The notes beneath the pieces were generated by a model that worked only from the letters and a program-made list of their open reading frames with translations, had not been told where the DNA came from and made no database searches. The translations under genes and the position numbers were made by a program. Shown here in pieces: positions 37,626 through 47,246 of a stretch of 64,000 bases of DNA (the first letter of the stretch is position 1; every line of letters begins with the position of its first letter). The DNA is taken from UHGV virus genome UHGV-1353844; one strand, 5' to 3'. The DNA is from a virus.

Positions 37626-38105
37626 ATGCTAAAACGCATTCTCGTGGTCGTTGCTTTTGTAATGACATTGGCAAGTTGTGCTATTCAGCCGAACGCAGAA
37701 GGTCAGTTCTCCACCGTACCTGTTGACCAACACGATATGGTCATTTACACCTGTACAGCTGCTTCTCAAGAATTCGACGATTTTAAACCGGTACCGTCTA
37801 GCCTAAAACTGATGCCCCTTTCGGTGTTAGTCATGGATACAGGGGCGAATTGGGTCGCTACATGGGACGAAGGTAAAATTGAATCTCCGCAACTTTATAA
37901 AGACCTGTTAGGCAAGGTGGACGGTAACTTAAACGTTGTTACCGGTGAGCGCTATTACCGTGTAAACGGGTTACTGTCGAAAACCCCAACGTTTGCGTAT
38001 TCTACCGTCAACTACAAAACGGGTGAAGGTAAAGGTGTAACGTTCTTCAGATGTCACGAAGGCAGCATTCCGGATACCGGCACTATGTTGCACCCGGTAG
38101 AATAA
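37626..38105 (+). CDS. lipoprotein (signal peptide with lipobox L-A-S-C)
   Basis: ATG at 37626 with AAGGGTGAG SD; MLKRILVVVAFVMTLASC…; only plus-strand gene in a minus-strand region; own terminator. Confidence 0.55.
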   Translation: MLKRILVVVAFVMTLASCAIQPNAEGQFSTVPVDQHDMVIYTCTAASQEFDDFKPVPSSLKLMPLSVLVMDTGANWVATWDEGKIESPQLYKDLLGKVDGNLNVVTGERYYRVNGLLSKTPTFAYSTVNYKTGEGKGVTFFRCHEGSIPDTGTMLHPVE

Positions 38106-38110
38106 TAAAT

Positions 38111-38145
38111 ACCCTCCTGCTTAGCAGGAGGGTAGGCTTATTTTG
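38111..38145 (+). terminator. rho-independent terminator after lipoprotein gene
   Basis: ACCCTCCTGC-TTA-GCAGGAGGGT followed by AGGCTTATTTTG. Confidence 0.55.
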
Positions 38146-38225
38146 TCCGTAAAACGCTCTAGAATGCGTTCTAAGACAGTTTATACAAAATAATGTACAA
38201 TCACCCTAAGTTAAGGATTATGCGC

Positions 38226-38741
38226 TTAGATTTTAACTAAGGCGCTCCAATCGATAGGGCTTTGTTTCACGACTTTCACAGTACCGCGATTCGGTGACCA
38301 GAACGTGATATTCGGTTGGTTACGAACGTCGATATGTAACCAACTGATGTCGCATTCGATAAAGTGAATGAACGGAAATTCGTCAGGATTAGCGGCGATA
38401 TAGTCGTGGACTTGTTTTACCGTTGAGTCTAACAGTGTTGCGTCAAATGCATTACCGAACTTGTGCTGACTCCCTGAATCAGAGTAGAGTTGTAACGCAC
38501 GTTGTTTATAGTTACCACCCTTAGGCTTTTCTTGGTTGATGAAAAAGTCTAAGGTTCTTAGGCCACGCTGTTGCGCAGCAGACGAGTTAATCACCATTCT
38601 GCCGAAACGGTTACGAATCTGTTGTAGCGAAATCATTAACAACGGGTTCATAAACCGAATTGCAGAATCACCGTATTTGGCGATGTACGATTGTGGTACT
38701 AACTCTTTGAGTTTAAAGTTACTCGGATTTGGATGAAACAT
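38226..38741 (-). CDS. peptidase M15-family peptidoglycan hydrolase (T5-endolysin-like)
   Basis: Zn-binding H-x6-D motif (SQHKFGNAFDA) and downstream His (WLHIDV), as in M15 phage endopeptidases. Confidence 0.55.
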   Translation of the reverse strand: MFHPNPSNFKLKELVPQSYIAKYGDSAIRFMNPLLMISLQQIRNRFGRMVINSSAAQQRGLRTLDFFINQEKPKGGNYKQRALQLYSDSGSQHKFGNAFDATLLDSTVKQVHDYIAANPDEFPFIHFIECDISWLHIDVRNQPNITFWSPNRGTVKVVKQSPIDWSALVKI

Positions 38742-39384
38742 CTTCCCTCCCAGACAGAAAAGCCCGTTTGATGTTCAAGTATTTGACATTAACGGGACAA
38801 CCTGTGGTGATATCAACACGTTCGTGGTCAGGAATAGCAGGCTCCTTAAACTCACGAACGAACAAATAGTTTCGATTGTAATCTAACGTACGGTAATCGT
38901 TAGTGGTATAAGACGGCTTCGCGTTAGGGTCTACGTAAGCATCCCAACCGAACCCCGCCACGGCTTTATAAAATGTTTGGCAGATATACGGCGAGATTTC
39001 CAACGACTGCATAATACGCAGGAATGTTAAGTCAGAGAACTCTTTATCGATAATACGCGAAACGTTACCACCCGGTGTCATGGGATAGCTACGCTCCGTG
39101 TTACATTTTTGATAGAGTAAGTCGTGAATGCAGGCCGCAGGTGCCCACGGTCCGTCAGGATGGAAAATTCCCTGTAAGTGTTCAGGAATTGACGCTAAAT
39201 CGGTAACGAACCCTTTCGGAGCGGTTAACCACAGTTGCGTGTCAGGTAATACACCGGTTAAATAAACCGCACGGTCTAAGTGTACGTGGTCGTGATAAAT
39301 CTCACGTAACGTAAACGGATAATGGTAATCCTCCGTTAATACAAACCACTTATTATCTAAACGTTTATATTGAAGCTTTTCCAT
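38719..39384 (-). CDS. DUF1353 domain protein
   Basis: Segment GFVTDLASIPEHLQGIF…AACIHDLLYQ resembles DUF1353; ATG at 39384 with AAGGAAAGG SD (track begins at GTG 39393). Confidence 0.45.
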   Translation of the reverse strand: MEKLQYKRLDNKWFVLTEDYHYPFTLREIYHDHVHLDRAVYLTGVLPDTQLWLTAPKGFVTDLASIPEHLQGIFHPDGPWAPAACIHDLLYQKCNTERSYPMTPGGNVSRIIDKEFSDLTFLRIMQSLEISPYICQTFYKAVAGFGWDAYVDPNAKPSYTTNDYRTLDYNRNYLFVREFKEPAIPDHERVDITTGCPVNVKYLNIKRAFLSGREDVSSKSE

Positions 39385-39399
39385 TACCCACACCTTTCC

Positions 39400-39504
39400 T
39401 TACAAAAACCAGAAGAACTCTTGTCCACGTTTTTCGTCTTTACGTTTCCGTCCAGACGTTAACGCTTTCCACAATAACGCTAAGAGTTTAGCAAACCAGT
39501 TCAT
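39400..39504 (-). CDS. small ORF (34 aa), start overlaps the endolysin stop (ATGA)
   Basis: Hand-called: MNWFAKLLALLWKALTSGRKRKDEKRGQEFFWFL; hydrophobic N-terminus, basic C-terminus. Confidence 0.25.
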   Translation of the reverse strand: MNWFAKLLALLWKALTSGRKRKDEKRGQEFFWFL

Positions 39505-40091
39505 TTTACTAACCCCGCTTTTACCGCATAATCTGCCATTTCTCTGAAGACGCGGCCGTACCAACCGTAGGTGTATTTCTCGTTTCTCTTACGTTTTTCG
39601 GAGATTTCCGTGTAGTAAGTTACTTGGTGCGAGATTAACGCAAAGATTAAAATGCTTAGCCCTTCATCTTTACGATATTTCAGGTACGCGTTCAACGCGC
39701 CCAGCGTTTTAGGCCCCATACCGCCGTCGGTATCGATGTCCGCGTAGAGTTTACCTTCGTTGTTCAACACGTTGAGAATACGCTGTAGCGATTTCACGCA
39801 GTTGGCACGACCTGCGTTAATACCAAAATCAAACATCCGGTCCGCGAGTAACGGTGAGATAGCGAAAATCTCATCAAGTTTGAGCTTCTTCCACCAACCG
39901 CGATCGTAGATATCGAATGCTTGTGCACGGGTAAGGTCTTTCATCTTCCCTGTGTAACCGTACTCACGTGCAGTCGTTACCGTGATACCGTGGTTCGTTT
40001 CTGCACCTAAGTCGTCAGGGTCGTTGACGTACCCGCCTTCCAAATCGGTTTTGGATTCAATGATACCTTCTTTAGACCAACGTTCAGCCAT
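39501..40091 (-). CDS. endolysin, GH108-family muramidase with PG_binding_3-like domain
   Basis: N-terminal EGGYVNDPDDLGAETNHGIT (GH108 signature) and DGGMGPKTLGAL (peptidoglycan-binding motif). Confidence 0.65.
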   Translation of the reverse strand: MAERWSKEGIIESKTDLEGGYVNDPDDLGAETNHGITVTTAREYGYTGKMKDLTRAQAFDIYDRGWWKKLKLDEIFAISPLLADRMFDFGINAGRANCVKSLQRILNVLNNEGKLYADIDTDGGMGPKTLGALNAYLKYRKDEGLSILIFALISHQVTYYTEISEKRKRNEKYTYGWYGRVFREMADYAVKAGLVK

Positions 40092-40110
40092 TTTCGTTTA
40101 ACTCCTCTTT

Positions 40111-40150
40111 TACACAAAAAAGAAAAGAGGGTGGGGATTACCCCCACCCT
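40111..40150 (-). terminator. rho-independent terminator (minus strand)
   Basis: AGGGTGGGG-ATTA-CCCCACCCT hairpin with T-rich runs on both sides. Confidence 0.55.
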
Positions 40151-40154
40151 GTAA

Positions 40155-40634
40155 TTATTTTTTCTTCTTAGCGCGTGATGGCTTAGCTGGCGGTGTTTCA
40201 ACAGCCGGTTTACGTGCAACACGCACCGTAAAACCGCCGACCCAAGTCAGACACTCAGGACGGAAGAAAATACCGTGTTCGATTGCGCTACCGTCCAACG
40301 GTAACTCACCAACCTGTTCTACCCACACGTCGTCTTCTGTAAGGGTTAGGCTGTACTGCTCGTTAATGACGGGCAGTAAGTCAGCGGTAGTCGTTGCAGA
40401 TTCTACCAACAGTTTCGGTAATACGTTCAGGAAATACAAACCTGCGTCAATGCGGTTATACTGGAACGTTTGTTCGTTAGTGTAACCGAGATTCTTAATT
40501 GACGCAACTGTGATTTCGGTATTGTAAGTACCGGTGGTCACAACCGGATCGCCCAGCGTGACTTTGGTGGTGTCGAACTCAGCGTCCGGGTTAGCCTTTT
40601 TAATAAGGTCGAAGATAGTTTCTTGATTGGTCAT
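40155..40634 (-). CDS. hypothetical protein (lysine-rich C-terminal tail)
   Basis: 159 aa, ends ...PPAKPSRAKKKK; N-terminal pattern resembles the small-protein family at 36351/36951. Confidence 0.45.
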   Translation of the reverse strand: MTNQETIFDLIKKANPDAEFDTTKVTLGDPVVTTGTYNTEITVASIKNLGYTNEQTFQYNRIDAGLYFLNVLPKLLVESATTTADLLPVINEQYSLTLTEDDVWVEQVGELPLDGSAIEHGIFFRPECLTWVGGFTVRVARKPAVETPPAKPSRAKKKK

Positions 40635-40647
40635 TACTGTAATCCTC

Positions 40648-41496
40648 TTAATCTAAGAATCCCGGTAAGACCGGATTAGTCTGTGCTAATTCAATCTTCG
40701 ACTTCGGACGATCGGTACCGTTAAAGTGAATTAACAGGTTACCGGTCAGGTTAGAACACAGCGGGCTGAGCGTTAGCACCAACACACGAGTGAACTTCGT
40801 ATTTGCGCCTTCGTAACCTGCGGTTGGACCATCGTAAATAACTTTAGCACCGTACAGGTTGTTAGCCGCGTTCTTAGGTACACTTACCCATTTCTCATCA
40901 ACGACGCCATCCAGTTTAGAGGCTAACTCTACCAAGTCTACGGTGTCGTTGATAGTAATCGGGTCAAGGTAATCTTTTTCTGCGGTGAAATCAATCGGGT
41001 GTGAATAAACCGCAGCGTTACCTTTCTTAGTGGACGGATACTCTACCAGATTCTCTAATTGAGTAACTGGTAAAAGTTCAGTCAGGTCAATAGGATCATG
41101 CAGCGTAAGCGTTACTACACCGCACCACTCGTAAGATTTCTCGTTAGCGGTAAGCTGATGGGTTTCGCCTTCAACTTTTGCGTCAACGATATCCGAGGGT
41201 AAAATATTTAGGCTGTATTTTGCGTTGATCGCATTAAGCAAATCTGATGCGGTTACCACACTGTCGTTACCGAATACCAACTCACCGGTTAAGTAGTCAG
41301 GTAAATTACGACGGTGGTAAGTCACTGTTAAAGTAGTAGACTCATCGCCTTTGAGTTTAGAGGTCAGAACCACCTGGGTATCAACCCCAGTACCGGTAGG
41401 TTCTCCGATATCAACATCACTGAAAGTCAACGGTGGACTAATATTGTTTTCAGTGTTGATGAGTTTTAGCAGTTTCTGTTTTGACGTAAGAGACAT
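40648..41496 (-). CDS. hypothetical protein
   Basis: 282-aa ORF; N-terminal LLKLINTEN…FSDVDIGEPTGTG pattern. Confidence 0.45.
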   Translation of the reverse strand: MSLTSKQKLLKLINTENNISPPLTFSDVDIGEPTGTGVDTQVVLTSKLKGDESTTLTVTYHRRNLPDYLTGELVFGNDSVVTASDLLNAINAKYSLNILPSDIVDAKVEGETHQLTANEKSYEWCGVVTLTLHDPIDLTELLPVTQLENLVEYPSTKKGNAAVYSHPIDFTAEKDYLDPITINDTVDLVELASKLDGVVDEKWVSVPKNAANNLYGAKVIYDGPTAGYEGANTKFTRVLVLTLSPLCSNLTGNLLIHFNGTDRPKSKIELAQTNPVLPGFLD

Positions 41497-41662
41497 CGCG
41501 TTAACTCACAGTAAGTAAAAAGGTTTAAGAGGTCGTTTTACATCCCTCAGCCAGCATAGGAATAGTCGGGTAGGGTGTAAGTAAAGTAGCGTCAAAATAA
41601 CAAAAAAGAAAAGGGAAAGAAAATTAATTCCGCTATAGACCGAAGCCTATAGCGGAGAGAGG

Positions 41663-42094
41663 TTAGCGAACGTTGTGTGCTAGGTACATCAGGGTCCGGG
41701 TGTCGATATCACGAGAAGTTTGCGACATCTGACTCAGTAGAGTGCTGGCAGTAGGGTCGTTGTAAACACGACTTAACCACTCGTCAACCATTTCTGGTAC
41801 AGTGTCGACTAAAAGCGGATAGTTAAGATTTTCCAGTGTGTATTCAACGAATTCGTGCATCAGATTCTGGTCACGATGCATAGAGTCGCCTAATTCACCT
41901 GCGGGATACTCTTCACGAGGACGTTTACCCCAGCTACAGATGTGCATGTAGTTAGTATTCACAATTTCCTGATATTCTTCTAACTTAACTAAATCGAAAT
42001 CAGTATTTGGACGACAGAAACCTGCTAAAACGCCCAGGGCAATCGGGTTGTTGCGAATGTAGTTACGGATATCATCTTTTAATACGAAAAACAT
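41663..42094 (-). CDS. hypothetical protein, paralog of 43352..43783
   Basis: 143 aa; shared N-terminal pattern L..D(I/L)R(N/D)YIR..P. Confidence 0.45.
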   Translation of the reverse strand: MFFVLKDDIRNYIRNNPIALGVLAGFCRPNTDFDLVKLEEYQEIVNTNYMHICSWGKRPREEYPAGELGDSMHRDQNLMHEFVEYTLENLNYPLLVDTVPEMVDEWLSRVYNDPTASTLLSQMSQTSRDIDTRTLMYLAHNVR

Positions 42095-42163
42095 TTTAAT
42101 GCTCCTTTAGGTAAATACAATAATAGAGGGGTGGTTTACCACCCCTTGGACGATTTTAGTTAA

Positions 42164-43330
42164 TTAGCGATGCTTCTGACAGTTAGGGCAGTTGCAACCT
42201 ACGCCAGAAGATATTTCTCTAAAGTACGCGTCGAGTAAGTGCTCGTTATTATTAAGAAAACGAACTGACCACAAGTCACGCAGATGAGTTTTTAACTTTC
42301 CAATAATACCGGGTTCATAGTTGAGTAGAATGGTAAGTGTATCGTTTTTGTAAGTCCACTGACGGACTTTCTCAGGAAACCAACGAGTGATATCACGCAT
42401 AAACGTATCGGCATCTTCTTTCCCAATAGTAGTGATTGTTAGAAGACGTAGACGGTTGTCAACAATCTCATTAATGAGACTATGAATTTCTTCTTCAAAA
42501 GCAATGTTCCACCATTTCCATTTAAAGGTGAGTTTTTCGCCCTCGAGTTTGGTCTCTACCTTGGTAGAATAGAATGCTGTCAAAGTGTCATTAATCGCTT
42601 CGGCATCTGGACCAGTGTATGTAAAGGCTTTCAACACATCGGACTCTTCACGCGGTTGCTCCCCTTCTTCGAGTTGGTTAAGAAAAATTTTCTTTGTTAA
42701 CTTACGCATACAGATGTTCAGTTGATTAATAACAACAGGGTCATTATCAACAAGCACAGTTAGAGTATCGCCAGCATAATTAGACTGGCGAATTTTCTCC
42801 TTGTGTTCGTGAACAACTATACGCATGAATTCGTCCGCTTCACCTTTTCCGATACCTTGAAACGAAATAAGTCGAACGGTGTCGTTATCGATCAGCTCAG
42901 CGACAGAACGTACTTCTTCCATGAGGTTACGATCGTCATTCTTCAATCGAACGACGAGTTTGCTGTTATCCCAGTAAATGCCTAAATCATCGGGATAGAA
43001 GGTCTCTAACGCCTCTTTAATATCCTTAATCTTTTCGCCTTCGTACCAGAGGACGTGCGGTTCGTCTTTCTGCTGCTCTTCGACTTTCGGTTGCTCTGTC
43101 TCGGTTGTTTCTACCGGGTTGAGCAACTCACCGATTTCCACCGCGATAGTGTCGCAAAGGTAATCGTTGCTGTGAGTCCAGTAGAACACGATGCTTTCAT
43201 CGTTGACTTGTTCTACACGGAAATGCACACCTTTATCCAGGAATATACGATAAAGTTGATCGAGTAACTGTGCTTCAGGAACCGGACGGATTTCAGTTTT
43301 AACGAGCGGTGTAATCTCAATATTAAACAT
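42164..43330 (-). CDS. hypothetical protein with internal tandem domain duplication and C-terminal Cys cluster
   Basis: 388 aa; two similar ~80-aa segments; ends ...GCNCPNCQKHR. Confidence 0.45.
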   Translation of the reverse strand: MFNIEITPLVKTEIRPVPEAQLLDQLYRIFLDKGVHFRVEQVNDESIVFYWTHSNDYLCDTIAVEIGELLNPVETTETEQPKVEEQQKDEPHVLWYEGEKIKDIKEALETFYPDDLGIYWDNSKLVVRLKNDDRNLMEEVRSVAELIDNDTVRLISFQGIGKGEADEFMRIVVHEHKEKIRQSNYAGDTLTVLVDNDPVVINQLNICMRKLTKKIFLNQLEEGEQPREESDVLKAFTYTGPDAEAINDTLTAFYSTKVETKLEGEKLTFKWKWWNIAFEEEIHSLINEIVDNRLRLLTITTIGKEDADTFMRDITRWFPEKVRQWTYKNDTLTILLNYEPGIIGKLKTHLRDLWSVRFLNNNEHLLDAYFREISSGVGCNCPNCQKHR

Positions 43331-43351
43331 GGTACTTTTCCTTTTGGTAAA

Positions 43352-43783
43352 TTATTCGTAGTTGTGCTTAAGGAACTCTAAAGCACGTTGGTCATTGGTT
43401 AATGCTACCGCCGACATTTTCTTTAAGGCTTGACGACAGTAAGCGTCACTCACAATACGTTGCTGCCAAGCATTAACAATTTCCGTGACTGTTTCTCCTT
43501 CTACAGCCGTATTGAGTTTATCGATAAAGTGACGTCCCATCAGATACGCAACTGCGTAGTCTGTGAACATCTCTGTACCGAAATCGCCGTCTGGGTAGTC
43601 AGCACGTTTCCGCACTGACATATCGGTAACAATTTGATACGACGACTTCACCACTTCGTGGAATTTTTCTACCGTTAAGGTATTAAGGTCCATACCCGAT
43701 AAAGAGAGTGAAGCCAGTACCGGAATACTGGCTGGGTATTTACGAATGTAATCACGCAAATCAGAATTTAGGGTTTTCATCAA
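43352..43783 (-). CDS. hypothetical protein, paralog of 41663..42094
   Basis: 143 aa. Confidence 0.45.
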   Translation of the reverse strand: MMKTLNSDLRDYIRKYPASIPVLASLSLSGMDLNTLTVEKFHEVVKSSYQIVTDMSVRKRADYPDGDFGTEMFTDYAVAYLMGRHFIDKLNTAVEGETVTEIVNAWQQRIVSDAYCRQALKKMSAVALTNDQRALEFLKHNYE

Positions 43784-44525
43784 TTAATCCTGCCTTTATC
43801 CAATTTAAATAGTTAACACCAACTTTTACCGGAGTAAGTTTGTCGAGTTCCTTTATTAGCAGATCGTAGACGCGACGACCGACGCGGTTGTCACAAGTGA
43901 ACGAAGTTAATCCGTTAGCTCTTACAGTCACGCAAAACATTTCGCGAGTTTGTAAGTAGTCGTCATTGATTTTGTCTACAATTCCTTTGATCTCTTCGTA
44001 ATTGTAATAAGCAATCCGATCTTTGTGTAATAAGAACCATTCCGTAGCCTCGAATCTTCCCGGTACATGCGGAATATAGTCATAACGAATAAGGTTGTTA
44101 GGATGTACTTTTCCGTCGTAAGCGAGGGTGTAAAGATCTACGCAGTATGAAGGGTTGTGTTCAAAAAACTCTCTGAGTTTAGTGAGGTTTTTCTTTGGAG
44201 AATGCTTAAAATAAACAATATAGTTATTGCTATCAACCTCAACGATACCGTATAGTTTCTCAGAAACTGCCATAAATAACTTCTCGGCAGACTTTATGTC
44301 TTCTCCAGGTTTAACAAAGTTCAGAACTAAACAGGTAGCTTCGTCGGCAATAACGTCGGTAATGAATTCGTTTGCCCTATTTAATTCAACTTCATCAAAA
44401 CCGGCAATCTTAAGTTCGTTCCCGTAGAATTGATAAGCTAAATGCGGTGTAGAATTTTTCAGGAAGCTCGTGATAATGTGTCCTTGCTCGCGTACGTTGC
44501 TGTTTTTGAATTCGATAGTTTTCAT
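43761..44525 (-). CDS. hypothetical protein
   Basis: 254-aa ORF. Confidence 0.45.
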   Translation of the reverse strand: MKTIEFKNSNVREQGHIITSFLKNSTPHLAYQFYGNELKIAGFDEVELNRANEFITDVIADEATCLVLNFVKPGEDIKSAEKLFMAVSEKLYGIVEVDSNNYIVYFKHSPKKNLTKLREFFEHNPSYCVDLYTLAYDGKVHPNNLIRYDYIPHVPGRFEATEWFLLHKDRIAYYNYEEIKGIVDKINDDYLQTREMFCVTVRANGLTSFTCDNRVGRRVYDLLIKELDKLTPVKVGVNYLNWIKAGLIDENPKF

Positions 44526-44571
44526 TTTTATTTTTCCTTTTAGATTTACAAGTCGAAGTGTTAATTTAGGT

Positions 44572-45066
44572 TTAGAGATGTTTTCCGATAACTTCCGAAA
44601 CTAATTCGTAAAGGTCATCGTCACTACACACATCCACACTAATTCCGATATCGATACTACGACTACGGAACCCTACTTTGAGCGATTTACCGAATTCGGT
44701 TTGGAGGGCTTTGTAGAGGATGTTCTTATCTTCTTCTGTGAGGTGTGCAGGTAGTCTAACGGTGAACTTGTAATGCTCTTTCGAAACAAGTTCGTTGGAA
44801 TAATTAAGACGATTAGCTCCACGCGTTCCGATAATCTGTGTTACCAGCTTAAACATTTCTTCATCGGTATACGCTGTTGCGCTGTAACCGATATCAATAG
44901 TGTTTCTGCGGAAACCTGCGCAGAACAAAGCACCGAACTGCTCACGGAATTCTTTGTGCAGAACATCTTTTTCTACGTCCAGTAATCCGTAACCCAAGTC
45001 AACGGTGAATTTGTATTTTTCTTTGTCAACTAATTCGTTAGTGTAATCAAGTCTAGTGAAGTTCAT
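44572..45066 (-). CDS. hypothetical protein with internal tandem duplication
   Basis: 164 aa composed of two ~80-aa repeats (RLDYTNELVDKEKYKFTV… / RLNYSNELVSKEHYKFTV…). Confidence 0.5.
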   Translation of the reverse strand: MNFTRLDYTNELVDKEKYKFTVDLGYGLLDVEKDVLHKEFREQFGALFCAGFRRNTIDIGYSATAYTDEEMFKLVTQIIGTRGANRLNYSNELVSKEHYKFTVRLPAHLTEEDKNILYKALQTEFGKSLKVGFRSRSIDIGISVDVCSDDDLYELVSEVIGKHL

Positions 45067-45096
45067 GGTATATGCTCCTAAAATGGTTTTAGTTAA

Positions 45097-45138
45097 GTGA
45101 GAGTAGCTGAACTCTCACCTAGGTAATATATATCTGAA
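45097..45138. promoter_or_regulatory. conserved AT-rich motif (CTAGGTAATATATATCTGAA) with adjacent hairpin; promoter-like
   Basis: ~80 bp here nearly identical to 9276..9347, including hairpin and leader CCATTTTAGGAG. Confidence 0.45.
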
Positions 45139-45148
45139 ATTATTTTTA

Positions 45149-45430
45149 TTAAAACCCCGCAATAAAGCTACCTAACGAAAGCCGCTGTAGGTATTTTGGC
45201 TTACGTGCCAGGTAACAGTTCTTAGGATTACCTATCGCCATCTGTGCAACCGCACGTTCTAAACGCGGTGCTTCTAAGATAGCACGATAGTTCCCTTCGT
45301 AATGCATTAACCATGCACACTCTTCAACAAAACGTTTTGCTTCTCGGTATTCTAACGTACGAATACGTTTCTTACCACGATACAAAACCACATCACCATT
45401 ACTACGAAATACAACCGTTTCACGCTTCAT
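45149..45430 (-). CDS. hypothetical protein
   Basis: 93-aa ORF. Confidence 0.4.
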   Translation of the reverse strand: MKRETVVFRSNGDVVLYRGKKRIRTLEYREAKRFVEECAWLMHYEGNYRAILEAPRLERAVAQMAIGNPKNCYLARKPKYLQRLSLGSFIAGF

Positions 45431-45773
45431 TAATAACCTCCCAATTCGCTCTTATAACTTCACGTTTATAATCATCAATTTCTTTACGGTAGAACTCTGT
45501 TTTTTCTTTTAATAATTTTAATATCTCTTCTTTAGGTAATTTTCCCTCACAACCCAATTCAGCAATAGCACAAACAAGGATGGTCAGATATTCCACTGAA
45601 CCGGTTTTCGCGCGGTATTCAGAGATAAGTTCTTTTTGCGTTTCAACTGTTTCTTCTAATAACTTGATATATTCTTCGTGCTTTGCACACTCTTTGCATT
45701 TTCCGAAACCTAACAATTTAAAAACCATTGTTACCACCGTTAGCAATCCAGGTTGCAACACGAACGTGTGCAT
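45420..45773 (-). CDS. hypothetical protein
   Basis: 117-aa ORF; two CxxC-like pairs (CKEC… CAIAELGCEG). Confidence 0.4.
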   Translation of the reverse strand: MHTFVLQPGLLTVVTMVFKLLGFGKCKECAKHEEYIKLLEETVETQKELISEYRAKTGSVEYLTILVCAIAELGCEGKLPKEEILKLLKEKTEFYRKEIDDYKREVIRANWEVINEA

Positions 45774-46026
45774 TGTGAAAGTTAGAGACTAAGAGTATCA
45801 CGCCACCTAACGTACGTGGAACACGTAAGGCTTCGAAACGACGACAGTAAGAACGTACGCAATACTCAGAACCCAAGATAACGACTTCGCAGTATTCTGA
45901 ACGAATCGGCAGTAGTTGAGAAACGAGTTTATCGCACGTTTCTTTATTGTCTTCTAACAATCCGCCACTGAGAATATAGTTGACAATGTTCTCAGGTGCT
46001 GATGTGTTCGTGATTTTACTTTCCAT
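45718..46026 (-). CDS. hypothetical protein
   Basis: 102-aa ORF, 56-nt overlap with downstream ORF; start uncertain. Confidence 0.3.
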   Translation of the reverse strand: MESKITNTSAPENIVNYILSGGLLEDNKETCDKLVSQLLPIRSEYCEVVILGSEYCVRSYCRRFEALRVPRTLGGVILLVSNFHNAHVRVATWIANGGNNGF

Positions 46027-46029
46027 CTT

Positions 46030-46404
46030 TTAAATCTCCACCGTAGTTCGTTCAGTTTCTTTAATAAATCTATGGACCGACTCACCTAATTTCTTTACAC
46101 TATTACTAAGTTTAATAAGCGTATCGAAATAGTGTTGCGCTGTTCGACCAAATAACATCGGTCCTGCTTTCAGTTCCAATGCAGAAACCAGATAGAGTTC
46201 GGGAAGAAAAATAGCACCGCCTTTACGACCTATCCTGACGGTGATATTGCGTACCTGAACATTAATTAGTTTACCGTCAGGGAGTACCACAATTTCGGTA
46301 TACCAGTCTGTTGCTTTAACGATCGTTCTGACATTCTCACCACAAGCCCAGGTTTTAAACGAGGTGTCTAGCCAACATCTGAATTTGTATAACAGTAATG
46401 ACAT
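46030..46404 (-). CDS. hypothetical protein
   Basis: 124-aa ORF. Confidence 0.4.
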   Translation of the reverse strand: MSLLLYKFRCWLDTSFKTWACGENVRTIVKATDWYTEIVVLPDGKLINVQVRNITVRIGRKGGAIFLPELYLVSALELKAGPMLFGRTAQHYFDTLIKLSNSVKKLGESVHRFIKETERTTVEI

Positions 46405-46446
46405 ATTGTTACTCCACCCTCTCAGGAATTCCTGAGAGGGGTTATA

Positions 46447-46728
46447 TCACAGCTTCTCTTCTATTGTGTCGATTCGAACTAACGCGTCGTGACTGACTTT
46501 CCGTGCGTGTCCAATCGTACTGCCTAAAGCTTTTGTTGTTGGGTCTAAGGTATTCAGACGGTGATACTGATAATCGATATCGCGTATACAGCGCGCCTGT
46601 TGTTTTACCATCCGAATTAACTGTCGTTTGGTTTGACGATTGTTACTAAGCTGCTGCCGTAACCGCGTGTTTTCTTTATAAAGCTCCTGTTGACGTGAGT
46701 TAATTAAACCCAACAACCAATCTAACAT
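46447..46728 (-). CDS. hypothetical protein (coiled-coil-like)
   Basis: 93 aa, Q/R/L-rich. Confidence 0.4.
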   Translation of the reverse strand: MLDWLLGLINSRQQELYKENTRLRQQLSNNRQTKRQLIRMVKQQARCIRDIDYQYHRLNTLDPTTKALGSTIGHARKVSHDALVRIDTIEEKL

Positions 46729-46730
46729 TT

Positions 46731-47246
46731 TTACCCCCGGTGCAAGAAAATACGGTTAGTGTTTTCGAATTTCGGTTCTGTCCACTCTAGTTCCCAGTAA
46801 GCCTGGTTAATATCGCGAGACGTAAGTTTCAGATTCGAAACATTGGGGATATCGCACATTTGAAGTAAACGGATAATCGTCACCAGCTCTTTACGAGGTC
46901 GGTCCCAGATAACCTCCAGATATTCTTTTAAACGTTCTGGATAAGCGACAGGACGAATATAGACCATACCCGACGGATACTCAATCGCTGAAGGTGTTTT
47001 AGGGACTAACCAAACCCAGTCTTTTAATACTGGGCCAGGATGATAATTCGAGAGCTGGGTAAGTGCGTTGGCGACAGAACGGCAACGGAAATACATGATG
47101 TCCCAGTCTTTCTCGAAACAGTTGTGTGCGACAACGACTTTTAATGGGTCGATAGGTTTACCGTCAATCGTAGTAACACCTGGCTGATTAGCCAAGATTT
47201 GACGTTCACGTTTGGTATAAAGATTCATGTTGATTGTTACAGACAT
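46731..47246 (-). CDS. hypothetical protein
   Basis: 171-aa ORF. Confidence 0.45.
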   Translation of the reverse strand: MSVTINMNLYTKRERQILANQPGVTTIDGKPIDPLKVVVAHNCFEKDWDIMYFRCRSVANALTQLSNYHPGPVLKDWVWLVPKTPSAIEYPSGMVYIRPVAYPERLKEYLEVIWDRPRKELVTIIRLLQMCDIPNVSNLKLTSRDINQAYWELEWTEPKFENTNRIFLHRG

